IMG/VR virus record: IMGVR_UViG_3300011415_000001
Location: 1 to 62,379 of that record
Source of the DNA: a virus
Taxonomy: Duplodnaviria; Caudoviricetes
Strand: one strand, 5' to 3'
Length of the DNA: 62,379 bases
Shown here: piece by piece, positions 25,701 to 35,204 of the stretch
Position numbering within the stretch: the stretch's first letter is position 1
Layout of the letters: each line of letters starts with the position of its first letter
The notes under the pieces: generated by a model
Told to the model about the DNA's origin: nothing
Database searches by the model: none
Seen by the model: only the letters and a program-made list of their open reading frames with translations
Translations under genes and position numbers: made by a program

Positions 25701-27658
25701 AGGTTGTGCGTGGAGTCTGGGTTCACGCGCACGCAGTCCACGCGATAGCGCGCTCGTTTGAGCGTGCCCGATTCCCCAGAGAGGATGTGACCCGCAGCGG
25801 TTCCCGCGGTCGCGCCATTCACGAGCGTCGCGTCGCCCATCCAATGGCCGCTCGTGAGCTGTTGGCGGCCGTCGATGTCCCACGTCCACCAGCTTCGGAG
25901 CTCTGTTCCGATCGTGCCGTAGACGCCCGCGCCGTTCGAGTAGCGCTGGCGGATCTCGGTCGCCGAAATCTCGCGATGGAAGAGGAGCGTATCGTCCATC
26001 TGCCCGTCGAAGTTGTAGGTCGCGAGCGAGACTGCGTTCCGCCCCCAGTAGTGCGTCGAGGCGCCCCACACGAGAGGCACCGGCGCGATGTGGTGCCGCA
26101 CCGCCTCGCCGTTCCAGTAGAGCTCGACCTGCTCGTTCGTCCCGCTCGCGTCCTTTTGGAAGGTGAGCGCGATGTAGTTCCAGGTCCCGACGACGATCGT
26201 CATTTCGTAGTCGGCGTAGATGTAATCGGTCGTATCCGATGTTCCGACCTGCAATCGGGCGGCAGCGACAAACGTGAACTGCGACTGGAGGAAGTTGAAC
26301 GACGAGCGCAGGCAGAGCGACACGCCTCGGCGGTCGGTGTTGGTGTAGTTGCCGAAGAGGTGAATGGTCTCACCGGCCGCCGCCGGTGTCGGGAGCGACT
26401 CGGGGAAGAACCAGCACTCGATCGTGAGCACGTCGACGGAGTCGGTCACGGCGAATGGGAAGGAGCCGTTCCGTGCCGCAGTCGCATGCTGATTCGCGCC
26501 GCCCGAGTTCTCGACGTCGAGAGCTTTGCCGAGCGCGGGCGGCACGTAGTTCGCCTTGTCGAAGAAGCGGATGGTGTGGTCGACCTCGAGCGCGCCGCGC
26601 TGCACGATCCCCGTCAGGATCAGCGGCGGCAGTCGCACGTAGCCGTCTCCGAGCGGACCCCCCGTCGTGATCGGCACGCCACCGGAGTCGAGCTCGATGT
26701 AGCGCGGCTGGAAGTAGAAGTTCGTGCCGATCAGGTCCCCGTCCGATTCGGCGCGGAAGAGGCCGGACTCGCATCGCAGGCGAATCACCGCGCCATCGAA
26801 CTCCTCCGCGAACGAGAACGAGACCTTGTAGAGGTCGAAGGTCGAATCCCCCGCGGTCGTAAAAAAATCCGCGAAGTTCGCGCTGCCCGGCAACCCACCG
26901 TAGGCGAAGCCCGAGTTGTCCGCCTGGATCGTCGTCGCCGCGCCGAGCACCTGCTCGACCGAGAACGCGGTCTGGATCTCGTGGAACTCCTCGATGGGCT
27001 CCTGCTCATTGGTGCCCATGCGCACCTGAGCCTCGATGCCCGGGTAGTTCTCGCCCTGATTGTCCTCGACCTTGATGCCGGTCGGGAGGTCGCCGTTCGC
27101 GACCGAAAGCCATTTCGTCGAGTCGCTCGTGCGCGATCCGATGGCGTAGACGGGCCCCTCGCCGAAGGAGATCAGCGTGTAGAGGACGGTGTCGGGCGGG
27201 ATGTTCCGGACGCGCGTGAACTCGGAGATGACCGTCCCGCCGACGCGCACCTTGCCGTAGATCACGGCGATCGGCAGGCCCTCGGAGCGGATGTTCGAGA
27301 TGCCCGAGAAGCCGTAGGTCGGTGAATCCTCGTCGCTTCGGCTCTTCGGCGGACCCGGCGGCGGGAAGAGGAGCATGATCGCGAGCGAGACCGCGGCGGA
27401 GACGAGCACGCCTGCGAGCACGGTGGCGAGCGTGACGCCCGTGAAGTCGCGCGGGCGCACGACGAAGGCGAACCAATCGCCGTCGACCACTGGGGAGTAG
27501 AGGTTCGATGGCGAGCCGTTGCGCCAGACGCCGATGTCGGATGGATCGATTCCTTGCGGCAGGAGGTCGAGCGCTTGCCGTGCGCGGCCCGCCTCCTCCA
27601 CGATGGTCTCCCGCTTCGCCGGTTCGAACGGGTTTCGGATGATGAGCACGCGGATCAC
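22742..27658 (-). CDS. Central tail-tip protein (lambda gpI/J-like, TipJ) with an inserted LamG domain, 1638 aa
   Basis: True start GTG 27658 (IIRNPF); SPTYGF...GLPIAVIYGKVRVGG; YPNEPLLALKI; WSANPAW...NKRYGLG; EPGDVVRLAHD; Fn3-like C-terminus. Confidence 0.88.
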   Translation of the reverse strand: MIRVLIIRNPFEPAKRETIVEEAGRARQALDLLPQGIDPSDIGVWRNGSPSNLYSPVVDGDWFAFVVRPRDFTGVTLATVLAGVLVSAAVSLAIMLLFPPPGPPKSRSDEDSPTYGFSGISNIRSEGLPIAVIYGKVRVGGTVISEFTRVRNIPPDTVLYTLISFGEGPVYAIGSRTSDSTKWLSVANGDLPTGIKVEDNQGENYPGIEAQVRMGTNEQEPIEEFHEIQTAFSVEQVLGAATTIQADNSGFAYGGLPGSANFADFFTTAGDSTFDLYKVSFSFAEEFDGAVIRLRCESGLFRAESDGDLIGTNFYFQPRYIELDSGGVPITTGGPLGDGYVRLPPLILTGIVQRGALEVDHTIRFFDKANYVPPALGKALDVENSGGANQHATAARNGSFPFAVTDSVDVLTIECWFFPESLPTPAAAGETIHLFGNYTNTDRRGVSLCLRSSFNFLQSQFTFVAAARLQVGTSDTTDYIYADYEMTIVVGTWNYIALTFQKDASGTNEQVELYWNGEAVRHHIAPVPLVWGASTHYWGRNAVSLATYNFDGQMDDTLLFHREISATEIRQRYSNGAGVYGTIGTELRSWWTWDIDGRQQLTSGHWMGDATLVNGATAGTAAGHILSGESGTLKRARYRVDCVRVNPDSTHNLVQDDAKWGIAFSILDELLSYPNEPLLALKIPASKALNTTIPRITCEVQGMVVPIWNRDSTEFPTFHYAWSANPAWVALDIATNKRYGLGRYYALKDIDLEEHAAWADYCDEVVYDGTAQIGPDIGGEWEVLYYFNDTQDDDGDTRGSLWIVFDISPQTVSPPSDWKVGDFVRFHGVQQVGANPEINQGEFGSNTSGGYEIKQIMYGGTHGAVNLGNVWIVEVYWDRLLTDGDPWTSGQRHDTVFGSATTGLSTGGERRFEFNGAFDAQMPAWDALIEAAKVGRAVPIRDGRKLRFKFARPRTPLAPIGMGSLGKGSFKIGYRGGKSSPNALEIGFLDRELDYERSTADAVHRSVGNDQGIESLRREHTFMPFVTSRGQVIRAGLFQTNMYQDLVRHGSFRLGPEALHFEPGDVVRLAHDILPRTLVESGGRRYAEMVSGRALTDAPGADQLVSDRDFHIDGTKVYILYWWDKATDSFNAPRVHEPTTGVGPHLAGDSIYMVTGDEPPDPIPKGTPFILCVEGEHLDVEIGRITLEDDKSRAIEFVEYLDIIYDDELDELTQDTLLTVGGGGTGGLVDILPLEPTITSVDDFLVRNRSGVFTPMLRVSWSHELSTLTHVGATAIFLSKDGQTWRQVYAIDGTATEAEFPVQEVETGDRLFIALQTRSHAGKRLDPIACPKRRHTFIGIGAYPGAPANLAANMVDDKVVYTWTLPAGQEGNRVECRRGGWILAPVVFLSERGALSFGPTRDWSGATVGSPTLYFRCRNEIGQYSEAVTLSFSPTPPVHPVAHSQRWNDQAWEAFGTGWVQAVPPAGDPFVTDLQVTSGYLEFAGSALTATYTIGDPDNPATIATQLPRESFLEAAVVAEQVHPLTWDMAEFGWGDEKNLRWTWEGPTHLLPGEIANCTITIQVRVNTSGAAGDWSAWLDFRPGLVSIAAAQFRLVVTRPNTSYQVKIHSFRTRVRQRRTALTRRSTYDTFLRGEVYA

Positions 27659-28089
27659 TGACCACCCCCCAAGAGCACGGGTATGGTCGAGGCGAGGCGC
27701 GCCGCATGGGTCAGCCGGTAGACCCCGACGATCCCCTGGACACGGCGCACGGGCAGCGAGTGGACCCCGTGCTCCTTCGTCGATGTGAGGACCAGGCGGT
27801 TCCGCTCGTCGACGAGGCAGGAGACGTGGTAGCCGCGCTCGCCGTGGGAGAGGATCACGTCGAGGAGCTCCGAGGCGATGACGCTGGAGGCCCCCAGGAA
27901 GCGCCAGGGCGAGGGCAGCTCGGTCTCTGCCGTCCACTCGCGCGGCATGTCGGCCGGTGCGAGGACGTGGCCCCCGCGCGCGTAGGCGATCTTGAGCGCC
28001 CCGACGCAGTCGAGGCCGGTCGCGCTGTCCTCCCCGCCCTCGGCCCACTTGATCTCGAGGAGGTCCCGGTAGTCGATGGCGCGATTCAT
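27655..28089 (-). CDS. Tail-tip NlpC/P60-like protein (gpK-like)
   Basis: W.EGG...GLDCVG...HV; position between the L and J homologs. Confidence 0.75.
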   Translation of the reverse strand: MNRAIDYRDLLEIKWAEGGEDSATGLDCVGALKIAYARGGHVLAPADMPREWTAETELPSPWRFLGASSVIASELLDVILSHGERGYHVSCLVDERNRLVLTSTKEHGVHSLPVRRVQGIVGVYRLTHAARLASTIPVLLGGGQ

Positions 28090-28775
28090 CGCCGGCCGAT
28101 CCTTCCAGCCGGCGGGATTCCGGGCTTGCCCCCAAAGCGCTTGGGATGCTGCCTCACGAGCCCGCGCGCGACCTCGTCGTCTCCCCTCGCCCGGCAGTCC
28201 TCGAGCGTGAAGCCGCAGGTCGTGAAGGCCCCGCCCACGCCGAGGATGTACCCGCACTCGGGCGAGCCGAAGGGTGCCCAACGGCAGTGGCGCTTGGTGT
28301 GCACGTAGGGTGGGAAATTCGTCTTCGCGAGGTTGTAGGCCCCGAGCGAGAAGGTCGCGACGAGCGGGGTCATCGAGGCCGAGACCACCTCGAGATCGAT
28401 CCGGAACGTGCCCTCGGTGTTCTCCGGATCGAGCGCCGAGATCACGCGGATGATGGCGGGCTGCCCAATGAATCCGCCCGCCGCTTCCAGTCGCGGCGCG
28501 AGCTCGAGCGAGAGGTTCGCGACGTTGACCTCGATCGTCGGGATGTCGCCGCTCCCAGACTCGATGATCCCGGAGTGTGTGATCGGCGCGGGGTAGTAGG
28601 CGATCGGGGCACCCGCCGAGTTGACGCCGTGGTAGACGCGCTCGTTCGCCTTCGCGTACCGGAACCGCTGGGGCGGATCGTCGGTGGTCTGGATCTCGTA
28701 GAGGAAGATCAGGGGCCACTCGGACTCCATCTGATTCTTGTGCTCGGTCAGCACGTCGCTGAGAGTCTTCGGCAT
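28086..28775 (-). CDS. Tail-tip protein L-like
   Basis: C-terminal CRW...ECGY...CGFTLEDC...RFGG.PG four-Cys motif as in lambda gpL. Confidence 0.8.
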   Translation of the reverse strand: MPKTLSDVLTEHKNQMESEWPLIFLYEIQTTDDPPQRFRYAKANERVYHGVNSAGAPIAYYPAPITHSGIIESGSGDIPTIEVNVANLSLELAPRLEAAGGFIGQPAIIRVISALDPENTEGTFRIDLEVVSASMTPLVATFSLGAYNLAKTNFPPYVHTKRHCRWAPFGSPECGYILGVGGAFTTCGFTLEDCRARGDDEVARGLVRQHPKRFGGKPGIPPAGRIGRR

Positions 28776-28778
28776 GGC

Positions 28779-31700
28779 CTAGTAGTCGTGGAGCTCCTCG
28801 AGCTCGAAGGCAAAACTCTCGACGAGCGGCGCGAGCAAGGCCGAACGAAACCGCGTGTTCTGAAACTTCACGGTGAGCGTCTCGACCGGAATCTTGAGCG
28901 GCACCGTCCACGAGAATGGGACCTCCGTACCGCGGTGCTCATCGACGAACGTCTGGAGCGTCTGGCGCTCCGTTGTGGTCACCCCCTGCGCTTGCACGCG
29001 CCACGCGCGGCGGCCCTTCCGGTACTTCATGAACACTTTCGGCGCGCCCGCCTCGTGATCGAAGCGCTCGCGCTCGTACCCTTTGATCTCCTCGACGGGC
29101 CACGAGAGGTTGCAGGTGAGCGTCCCGGTCGCGCCGTAGCGCTCGCTCTTCAACGCGACGCTCGCCTGGTCGTCGTTCCCGATGTCCGGCGGATCCGATG
29201 CCGGAAGCTCGGCCCAGGTGTCGAAGTACGCGAGCTCCCCCGCGGCCGTCGCACTCTGGAAGAAGAAGAAGCCCTCCCCAAGTCCCTGCGTTTGCGCGAC
29301 CGAGCGGCCATCGACGAGCCAGCCGGCGACGACCTCGATGCCCGATTCGAGCACGTCGTTCACGGTCGGCGTGACGATGATTCCGTTCACGATCGCGCGG
29401 AGCCCGGGAAGCCCGCCGGCCGAGAAGTTCAAGACCTCGCAGTCGAAAGTGAAGAGCGTTCCCAGAGCCAACCCGAACGCCGCGAGATCAACCGAGGCGA
29501 GCAAGGTTGGTACGGTCGACACTCCCGTCTGCGAGGGGTCCAGGTGGTAGTACTCCATCGTCCAGGTCGGACCGGACGTGTAGAGCACCTTGAAGAGATA
29601 GCCGCCCTTGCGCCGGTGCAGGTCGCCTTGCAGCTCGATCGACGTGCCGGGCGAATAGTTCACCGTGGCGCGCAGCACGATTCCCATGTGTCGCTGAATC
29701 GCTGTGTTTCCACTCGCCGGCGTGATCTCCATCGAGCGGTGCTGATTCACGTTCCGCGCGACGCGCTGGCGGATGTAGTAGCCGTACTTCTGGCCCGAGC
29801 CGATCGTGATCGTCTGCCCCACTTCCACGCGCGAGGCATTCGCCACGAGCTGCCCGTAGTGGTCGAGCGTGTCCTGCGGCGATTGCATGCCGTGCAGGTC
29901 GCCAGCCCAATCGCACATGAGCGAACGGGCCTCCGCGATCGGCACGATGTCCGTCTTGCCCCTGCACGTTCTGCGCTCCCAGCGCTGGAAGAGATCGCGC
30001 AGGCGCACGAAGCCTGCCGAGACGTCGTAGAGCTCGAACCTGTCGACCGGAACGTAGGTCGTCTTCGTGCTCTCGAGGCGCGAGCTCTGCGTTCCGAAAC
30101 CCCAGCGCCCCACCTGCGTGATCGCAGATCCAGAGCCGTCGATGATATTGAAAACCTGGACGTCCGTGTACGTGACTTGGCCGCCCGCCGCCGACTTGAT
30201 CGTGAACCAGCACTGAATCGATGGGGTCACCGCGCCCGTGATCCGCATCCGCATCTTCATCGGCTCGCGCTGACCGAGGAATCCGGGCTGTGGAGGGAGA
30301 TTCGCGGAGATGAGGACCGTTATCGTCCCAGAGTTCAGGCGCAAGAGAAAGAGCTTGTGCCCGAGCCCCGCAGCGTTGACGTGCAGAAACATGTAGCAGG
30401 AGATGTCCCGCCAGTACTCGTCTGCCATGTCGTCGCCGGTCGCGACGAGGGTGCCGTCGCGGATGCGGCCCATGACGCATACGTAGCGCGTCGAGCTCGT
30501 GGTGAGCTGGCCGCCGAATGGACGCTTGATCCGCGGAGCGAGGGTGATCTCTGCGTCAGCAACATCCGAAAGCAACCGGAACGCGCCGCAACACAACGCC
30601 TCTGTCTGCCCCGATGCAGTCGCGTCCTTGCTGTATGTCGCCCCTCCGCCCGTGGGCGCCGATGGATCATGGATGTAGCCGTCGTGCAATGTTCCCCACT
30701 GAAAGTCCACGGCGTAGCCGGTCACCGCATCCACGGCCGAGGATGGGCGCAGCCGCATGTAGAGGCTTGGGGCCGTGCCGTAGGGGAGTCCTTCCGCGAA
30801 CGTGTCGTAGCTCGGGAGGATCTGGTTCCCGTCGTCGATCGTCTCCGTGGGCCGATTGAAGAGGACGACGAGAGCCGCCTGCGAGAGCCGGCAGTTTCCG
30901 CCCGAGACTTCGATGCGCGCGCCGCTCTCGAGGAGGTTGATCTCGGTCACGAGCCAGGCGGCAGCGGTCGCCGGATTCACCGCCCAGCGCCGGCAGATCA
31001 GTTGATAGGCCACGCCAGAGAGCGATCCGGTATCCCCGCCGCTGAAGTAGTCGGTGCCGCCGATGCGACAGAACTGGTCGATCTTGACCTGGTTCGAACC
31101 GGTGCCGTCGCGCACGCCGTAGACGGTCATCGCGTCACGCACGCTTACCGCGTAGAGCGGCAGGTCACCCCAGAGCCACGATTCCTTGTCGAGATCGAGC
31201 GACTCGGTCAGGTAGTCGGCGTCCCCGTTGAACTGCTCTTCGTCGATCAGGAGGTTGTGATCGCCGCCGGCCGAGCCCGTCCACTGGAGGTAATTTCCCT
31301 GCTGCGTCGGGAAGAGCGTCGCGATCAGCGGGTTTCCCGACGTGTCGGAAAGCAGATCACCCGCGACGAAACCGCTCGCCCCCTGCAAGCAATAGAACTC
31401 GTCGAAGTCGGCATCGAGATTGTGCAGGCGGATCCGGTTCGCGTCCGGATTCGTCGTGTTCCCACGCGTGTCGACGTTCGTCCTGATAAGCCCGGGATCG
31501 TCCACCCCGTTCACGCGCACGCGCAGGAGCCCAAGCGTGTCGTGAATGTAGACCGCGACCTCGATCTGGTAGACGGCGCCCGCGACGAGAAGCGGGCCGG
31601 TCGCGTCCCACGGACCGCCGCCGCTGACGCCCGTCTTCACGCGCAAGACGCCGGTCGTCGTGTAATAAAGGCCGAGCTGCTCGGAGGATCCTGAGTTGAA

Positions 31701-31973
31701 CGCGAGCACCAGGCGCTCGGTCCCGATCGAGTTCGGCCGGACGATCACGTGCGCGATCAGCGTTTCCTTCGGGCCCGCGAGCGTGAGCAGGAGCTCGTTC
31801 GGATTCCGAATCGCGCGCTGAGAGTTGCGCAGGCCATTGACGATCGAGCCGATAATGCCTGACCACACGTAGCCGGCGACGGCCGAGGCCGAGCTATTCT
31901 CCCGGAGCTTCCCGACGTCCCCGGCGGGGAAGTGATCCCAGGACGTGTAGGTGAGGATCCCCGAGATCGACAC
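28779..31973 (-). CDS. Extended distal-tail protein: about 950-aa beta-rich N-terminus plus C-terminal gpM-like domain
   Basis: Follows the TMP; C-terminus RRAWRV...LQTFVDEHRGTEVPFSWTVP...VKF...FELEEL. Confidence 0.7.
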   Translation of the reverse strand: MSISGILTYTSWDHFPAGDVGKLRENSSASAVAGYVWSGIIGSIVNGLRNSQRAIRNPNELLLTLAGPKETLIAHVIVRPNSIGTERLVLAFNSGSSEQLGLYYTTTGVLRVKTGVSGGGPWDATGPLLVAGAVYQIEVAVYIHDTLGLLRVRVNGVDDPGLIRTNVDTRGNTTNPDANRIRLHNLDADFDEFYCLQGASGFVAGDLLSDTSGNPLIATLFPTQQGNYLQWTGSAGGDHNLLIDEEQFNGDADYLTESLDLDKESWLWGDLPLYAVSVRDAMTVYGVRDGTGSNQVKIDQFCRIGGTDYFSGGDTGSLSGVAYQLICRRWAVNPATAAAWLVTEINLLESGARIEVSGGNCRLSQAALVVLFNRPTETIDDGNQILPSYDTFAEGLPYGTAPSLYMRLRPSSAVDAVTGYAVDFQWGTLHDGYIHDPSAPTGGGATYSKDATASGQTEALCCGAFRLLSDVADAEITLAPRIKRPFGGQLTTSSTRYVCVMGRIRDGTLVATGDDMADEYWRDISCYMFLHVNAAGLGHKLFLLRLNSGTITVLISANLPPQPGFLGQREPMKMRMRITGAVTPSIQCWFTIKSAAGGQVTYTDVQVFNIIDGSGSAITQVGRWGFGTQSSRLESTKTTYVPVDRFELYDVSAGFVRLRDLFQRWERRTCRGKTDIVPIAEARSLMCDWAGDLHGMQSPQDTLDHYGQLVANASRVEVGQTITIGSGQKYGYYIRQRVARNVNQHRSMEITPASGNTAIQRHMGIVLRATVNYSPGTSIELQGDLHRRKGGYLFKVLYTSGPTWTMEYYHLDPSQTGVSTVPTLLASVDLAAFGLALGTLFTFDCEVLNFSAGGLPGLRAIVNGIIVTPTVNDVLESGIEVVAGWLVDGRSVAQTQGLGEGFFFFQSATAAGELAYFDTWAELPASDPPDIGNDDQASVALKSERYGATGTLTCNLSWPVEEIKGYERERFDHEAGAPKVFMKYRKGRRAWRVQAQGVTTTERQTLQTFVDEHRGTEVPFSWTVPLKIPVETLTVKFQNTRFRSALLAPLVESFAFELEELHDY

Positions 31974-31976
31974 GGC

Positions 31977-34900
31977 TCACCGCTTCCACTTCCGGATCGC
32001 TTCGACCGATGCGCGGCGCGTGCCGTTCGAGACGGAGACGAAGATCGCGTCCTCGATCTCGCGCGCGTGGGAGAGAATCACATCCGCCGCAGTCCGCGGA
32101 TCGAGGCTTCCCACGTTGAGCGTGACCGGCGCCTGCACGCTCATGCCGCTCTGACCGCGCTGGCTCTCGCCCACGAGCTTGACCGGGATCTTCCTGTCTC
32201 CGCCGAGAGGCACGAACGCCTCGGCCTGGGTGCGGCCGTGCCTGCCGAAGACCGCGACCTGTGGCGTGTCGGCGATGCCGCCCATGTCGTAGCTGCGGAC
32301 GGGGATCGCGGTACGCGCGAGGCTTTCAGCGAAGGCTCGCGGGATCTGCGAGCGCCCGATCATTGGGGCGTAGACCGTGCCGCCGCGCTCGGCCTGGCGC
32401 GTTGTCACGCCCGTGATTCCACCCGCACCGCCGCCGCCGCCTCCACCGCCCCCTCCGCCACCGAATGCGCCGGATACTGCGTTCAGCAGCGCCCACTTGA
32501 TGATGAGCTTCGTCAGCTCGCGCAGGATCGACTCGGCCCAGCGGTCGAAGTCGCGCTCGCTCGATGCCAGCGTGCTCGCGAGGCTGTCGATCCCACCGCG
32601 GATGAGGCCGATCGAGTCGGCCGCGGCCTCGGCGCCGAGAGCGCCCGCTTTGAACTGGCGCGACATCTCCTCGAAGTTCGCCTCGAAGCTCTTGCCGAAG
32701 TCGTCGCCCTCGGTGAGAGCCTGGAGCTCTCTTCGCCGCGCGATCTTCCCCGCGTCGATCTCGGCCTGAATGCGCAGCCGGTCGGTGACCTTCTCGATGA
32801 GCTCGAGCTCTGCTCGGAGTTGCTCCTGCGTGATCTCTCCAGCCGCCTCTGCCTCGCGCGCCGCATGCGTCCAGTCGGCCGCGAGGTTCTGCACTTCGAG
32901 ACGCGCGCGCGCCATCTCATCGAGCTCGGCGGCGAAAGCCTGCATGCGCAGGTCGTGCCCCTGCTCGCGCGCCTTGCGGTCCTCCTCCGCCTGGAACTCG
33001 CGGAGCCGCGCCTCGATCTCGGCGCGCCGCATGAGTTCCTGGCTCACCTCGGAGATCGCCAGACGCTCGGCCTGATACTGCTCCTGGCTCAGCTTCCCGG
33101 AGGCGAAGGCCGCGTCCGCCGCATCTTGCCACGCGGCCGAGATGTCGAGGACTTCCTGGCGCAGCGCCGCGGCTTCGTCGATCTCGGAGCGAATGGCTTC
33201 GATTCGCTTCTGGCTTTCGGCGTCGCCCGCGAATTCCTTCGGTCGCAGCTCGTCAAGCCGTCGACGTAGCTCGGTCACGAAGTCGGGTATTCCCTGACCG
33301 CGCTCGCGCGCCGCCCCTTCGGCCAGATCGAGGAGCTTCGCGTACTTCTCGATCTCGCGTTCCAATAGGTCGGGCTCTAGCGCCCCTGACAGCTCCTCGA
33401 CGTTGTCCTTGAGGACGAGGAACACCTTCCCCATCTGGTCGAGCGAATCTGTGGTGAGCAGGGTCCCGGCGCGTAAAGCTTCGAGATCGCGCTTGATGCG
33501 GAAGGCGAGGACGTCCTCTGTGAATTGGAGCGCGGCCTCAACGTCTCGCGACGCCTTCGGAAGCTCATTTCCGGTCTTGTCCCGAACACTCTCTTGGAGC
33601 TCTTTTAGCTGTTCACGCAGGAACTTGACGTTATTCCCGAAGCGCTTGAAGGCTTCGTCCCCCGGGCCGAGGCTGTTGACGGCGGAGATGATGAAGCCGC
33701 CCATATCCTTGAAGGCAAGCGCGAGCTCGTTCGTGGCTTTCGCGTAGTCCTCGGAAAGGTTCTGGCTGCGCTCGATCTGTTTGTCGGTCTCGCCCGCGCT
33801 GTTCGCGATCTCCACGAGCGATTTCCCGAACTGCCCGTAGCGCGTCGTCGTGAGCTCCGTCGCACCGGTGAGCGCGCCGAAGGAGGAGAAGAGATCGGAG
33901 AGCGCCTGGCGATTCCCCTGCGCGCCACTGTGGATCTTCTCGAGCACGCCCGCGAAGCCGAGGCCCTTGATGTTCTCCTGGTCGAGCTCGAGGCCGAGCG
34001 CTTTCGCTGCTTCGCGCGCCTGGTCTGTTGGATTGGCGAGCGTGGACATGATGCCCTGGAGCTCGCCGAAGACTTGGCGCGTGGGGAGCCCGGCCGCTTG
34101 CAGGGTCGCGAGTGCCGCCGCGATCTCCTCGAACTCGAAGCCCATCTGCCTGGCGGGCACGAGGAGCTTGGCGAGGAGGCCCGTGAACTCGGGGAGCTCC
34201 GCCTCCGAGAGCCGCGTCAGGACGGTCAACATGTCCGCCATGCGCGGGACCGTCTCGTCGTTGATCTCCTGGCCGAGGCCGTCGAGCGCCGTCGCGATCG
34301 CGGTAACCCCTCCCTCGGTCTCGCCGAACGTCGCGCGCGCGAGCCGTGCGCCGCCATCGAGAAGCGCCATCGCCTTCGTGGCGTCGCCGGCCGTCTCCTT
34401 CAGCGCGACGAATGCGCCGCGCCCGACCTGCTGCGCACCACGCCCGAGCTTCGAGGAGAGCGCGTCGATCTTATCGCTGATCTCCTCGATCGAGCCTGCG
34501 GCACCCTCGGAGGTCGACGAGATCCGCGCGAGCTGTTGGTCGAAGGCAAGGAAATCGCGCGTGCCCTTGGTGACGATCGCGAGCGCGGAGCCGAAGCCCG
34601 CGAGCGCCGCGATCTGAGGAGCGAGCCGGTTCCCAAAGGCGAGGAGCGAGCCGCCCATGCCCTTGATGCCGCCGTCCACCTTCCCCGCCTCGAGCGAGAC
34701 GACGCCGAGCGTCCGCCCGTAGTCGGCGGTCCCACCCTTCGCGGCCCGGAAGTCCTCGGCGTTCCGCCCGACCGCCTGTCCCGCCGCGTAGAGCCCAAGG
34801 CCGAGCGTGTCGAGCGACGCATCGACCGCCTGGAAGCCCTCGACCGCCTGGCTCGTGCCCGCCTGGACGGCCTGCCCAGTCGCATAGGACTGGAGCCCGA

Positions 34901-35204
34901 GCGAGCGCATGGAGTCGTCGAAGTCCGCGACCGCTCCGGCCCCACCCACCGCGACATCGAAGGCGCCAAGCGTCGAGCGGAACTCCTTCGTCTGGCGCTC
35001 CGCCCCCTGGATCGCGGTCGTCGCCTCCTGCATCGACCGCGTGATGTCCTTGCCGAGGCCGAGGAAGGCGGCGTCCATCGCCTTCGCGTTCGTGACCGTC
35101 TGGAGCTCGACCTTCGAGAGCTCGCGGCCGAAGCCCACGAGGGCCGGGCTCGCGAGGTCCTCGAGCTTCAGGATCGCACTCAGGACGGCGTCGTCAGCCG
35201 CCAC
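31977..35204 (-). CDS. Tape measure protein, 1075 aa
   Basis: LKLEDLASPAL N-terminus, TP901-like core, helical, GGIADTPQVAVFG...EAFVPL C-terminus. Confidence 0.9.
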   Translation of the reverse strand: MAADDAVLSAILKLEDLASPALVGFGRELSKVELQTVTNAKAMDAAFLGLGKDITRSMQEATTAIQGAERQTKEFRSTLGAFDVAVGGAGAVADFDDSMRSLGLQSYATGQAVQAGTSQAVEGFQAVDASLDTLGLGLYAAGQAVGRNAEDFRAAKGGTADYGRTLGVVSLEAGKVDGGIKGMGGSLLAFGNRLAPQIAALAGFGSALAIVTKGTRDFLAFDQQLARISSTSEGAAGSIEEISDKIDALSSKLGRGAQQVGRGAFVALKETAGDATKAMALLDGGARLARATFGETEGGVTAIATALDGLGQEINDETVPRMADMLTVLTRLSEAELPEFTGLLAKLLVPARQMGFEFEEIAAALATLQAAGLPTRQVFGELQGIMSTLANPTDQAREAAKALGLELDQENIKGLGFAGVLEKIHSGAQGNRQALSDLFSSFGALTGATELTTTRYGQFGKSLVEIANSAGETDKQIERSQNLSEDYAKATNELALAFKDMGGFIISAVNSLGPGDEAFKRFGNNVKFLREQLKELQESVRDKTGNELPKASRDVEAALQFTEDVLAFRIKRDLEALRAGTLLTTDSLDQMGKVFLVLKDNVEELSGALEPDLLEREIEKYAKLLDLAEGAARERGQGIPDFVTELRRRLDELRPKEFAGDAESQKRIEAIRSEIDEAAALRQEVLDISAAWQDAADAAFASGKLSQEQYQAERLAISEVSQELMRRAEIEARLREFQAEEDRKAREQGHDLRMQAFAAELDEMARARLEVQNLAADWTHAAREAEAAGEITQEQLRAELELIEKVTDRLRIQAEIDAGKIARRRELQALTEGDDFGKSFEANFEEMSRQFKAGALGAEAAADSIGLIRGGIDSLASTLASSERDFDRWAESILRELTKLIIKWALLNAVSGAFGGGGGGGGGGGGAGGITGVTTRQAERGGTVYAPMIGRSQIPRAFAESLARTAIPVRSYDMGGIADTPQVAVFGRHGRTQAEAFVPLGGDRKIPVKLVGESQRGQSGMSVQAPVTLNVGSLDPRTAADVILSHAREIEDAIFVSVSNGTRRASVEAIRKWKR

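Noticed and set aside
27655-28089. NlpC/P60 protein as the endolysin
   Set aside because: Its position between the gpL and gpJ homologs identifies it as the tail-tip gpK equivalent
27659-28135. N-terminal 159 aa of the 1797-aa ORF
   Set aside because: Overlaps the NlpC-like gene in another frame; the real start is GTG 27658
21244-31973. Diversity-generating retroelement or invertible fibre cassette
   Set aside because: No reverse transcriptase, invertase or template/variable repeat pair was seen
32420-32465. Poly-Gly tract in the TMP as a functional repeat element
   Set aside because: Simple low-complexity linker with mixed codons
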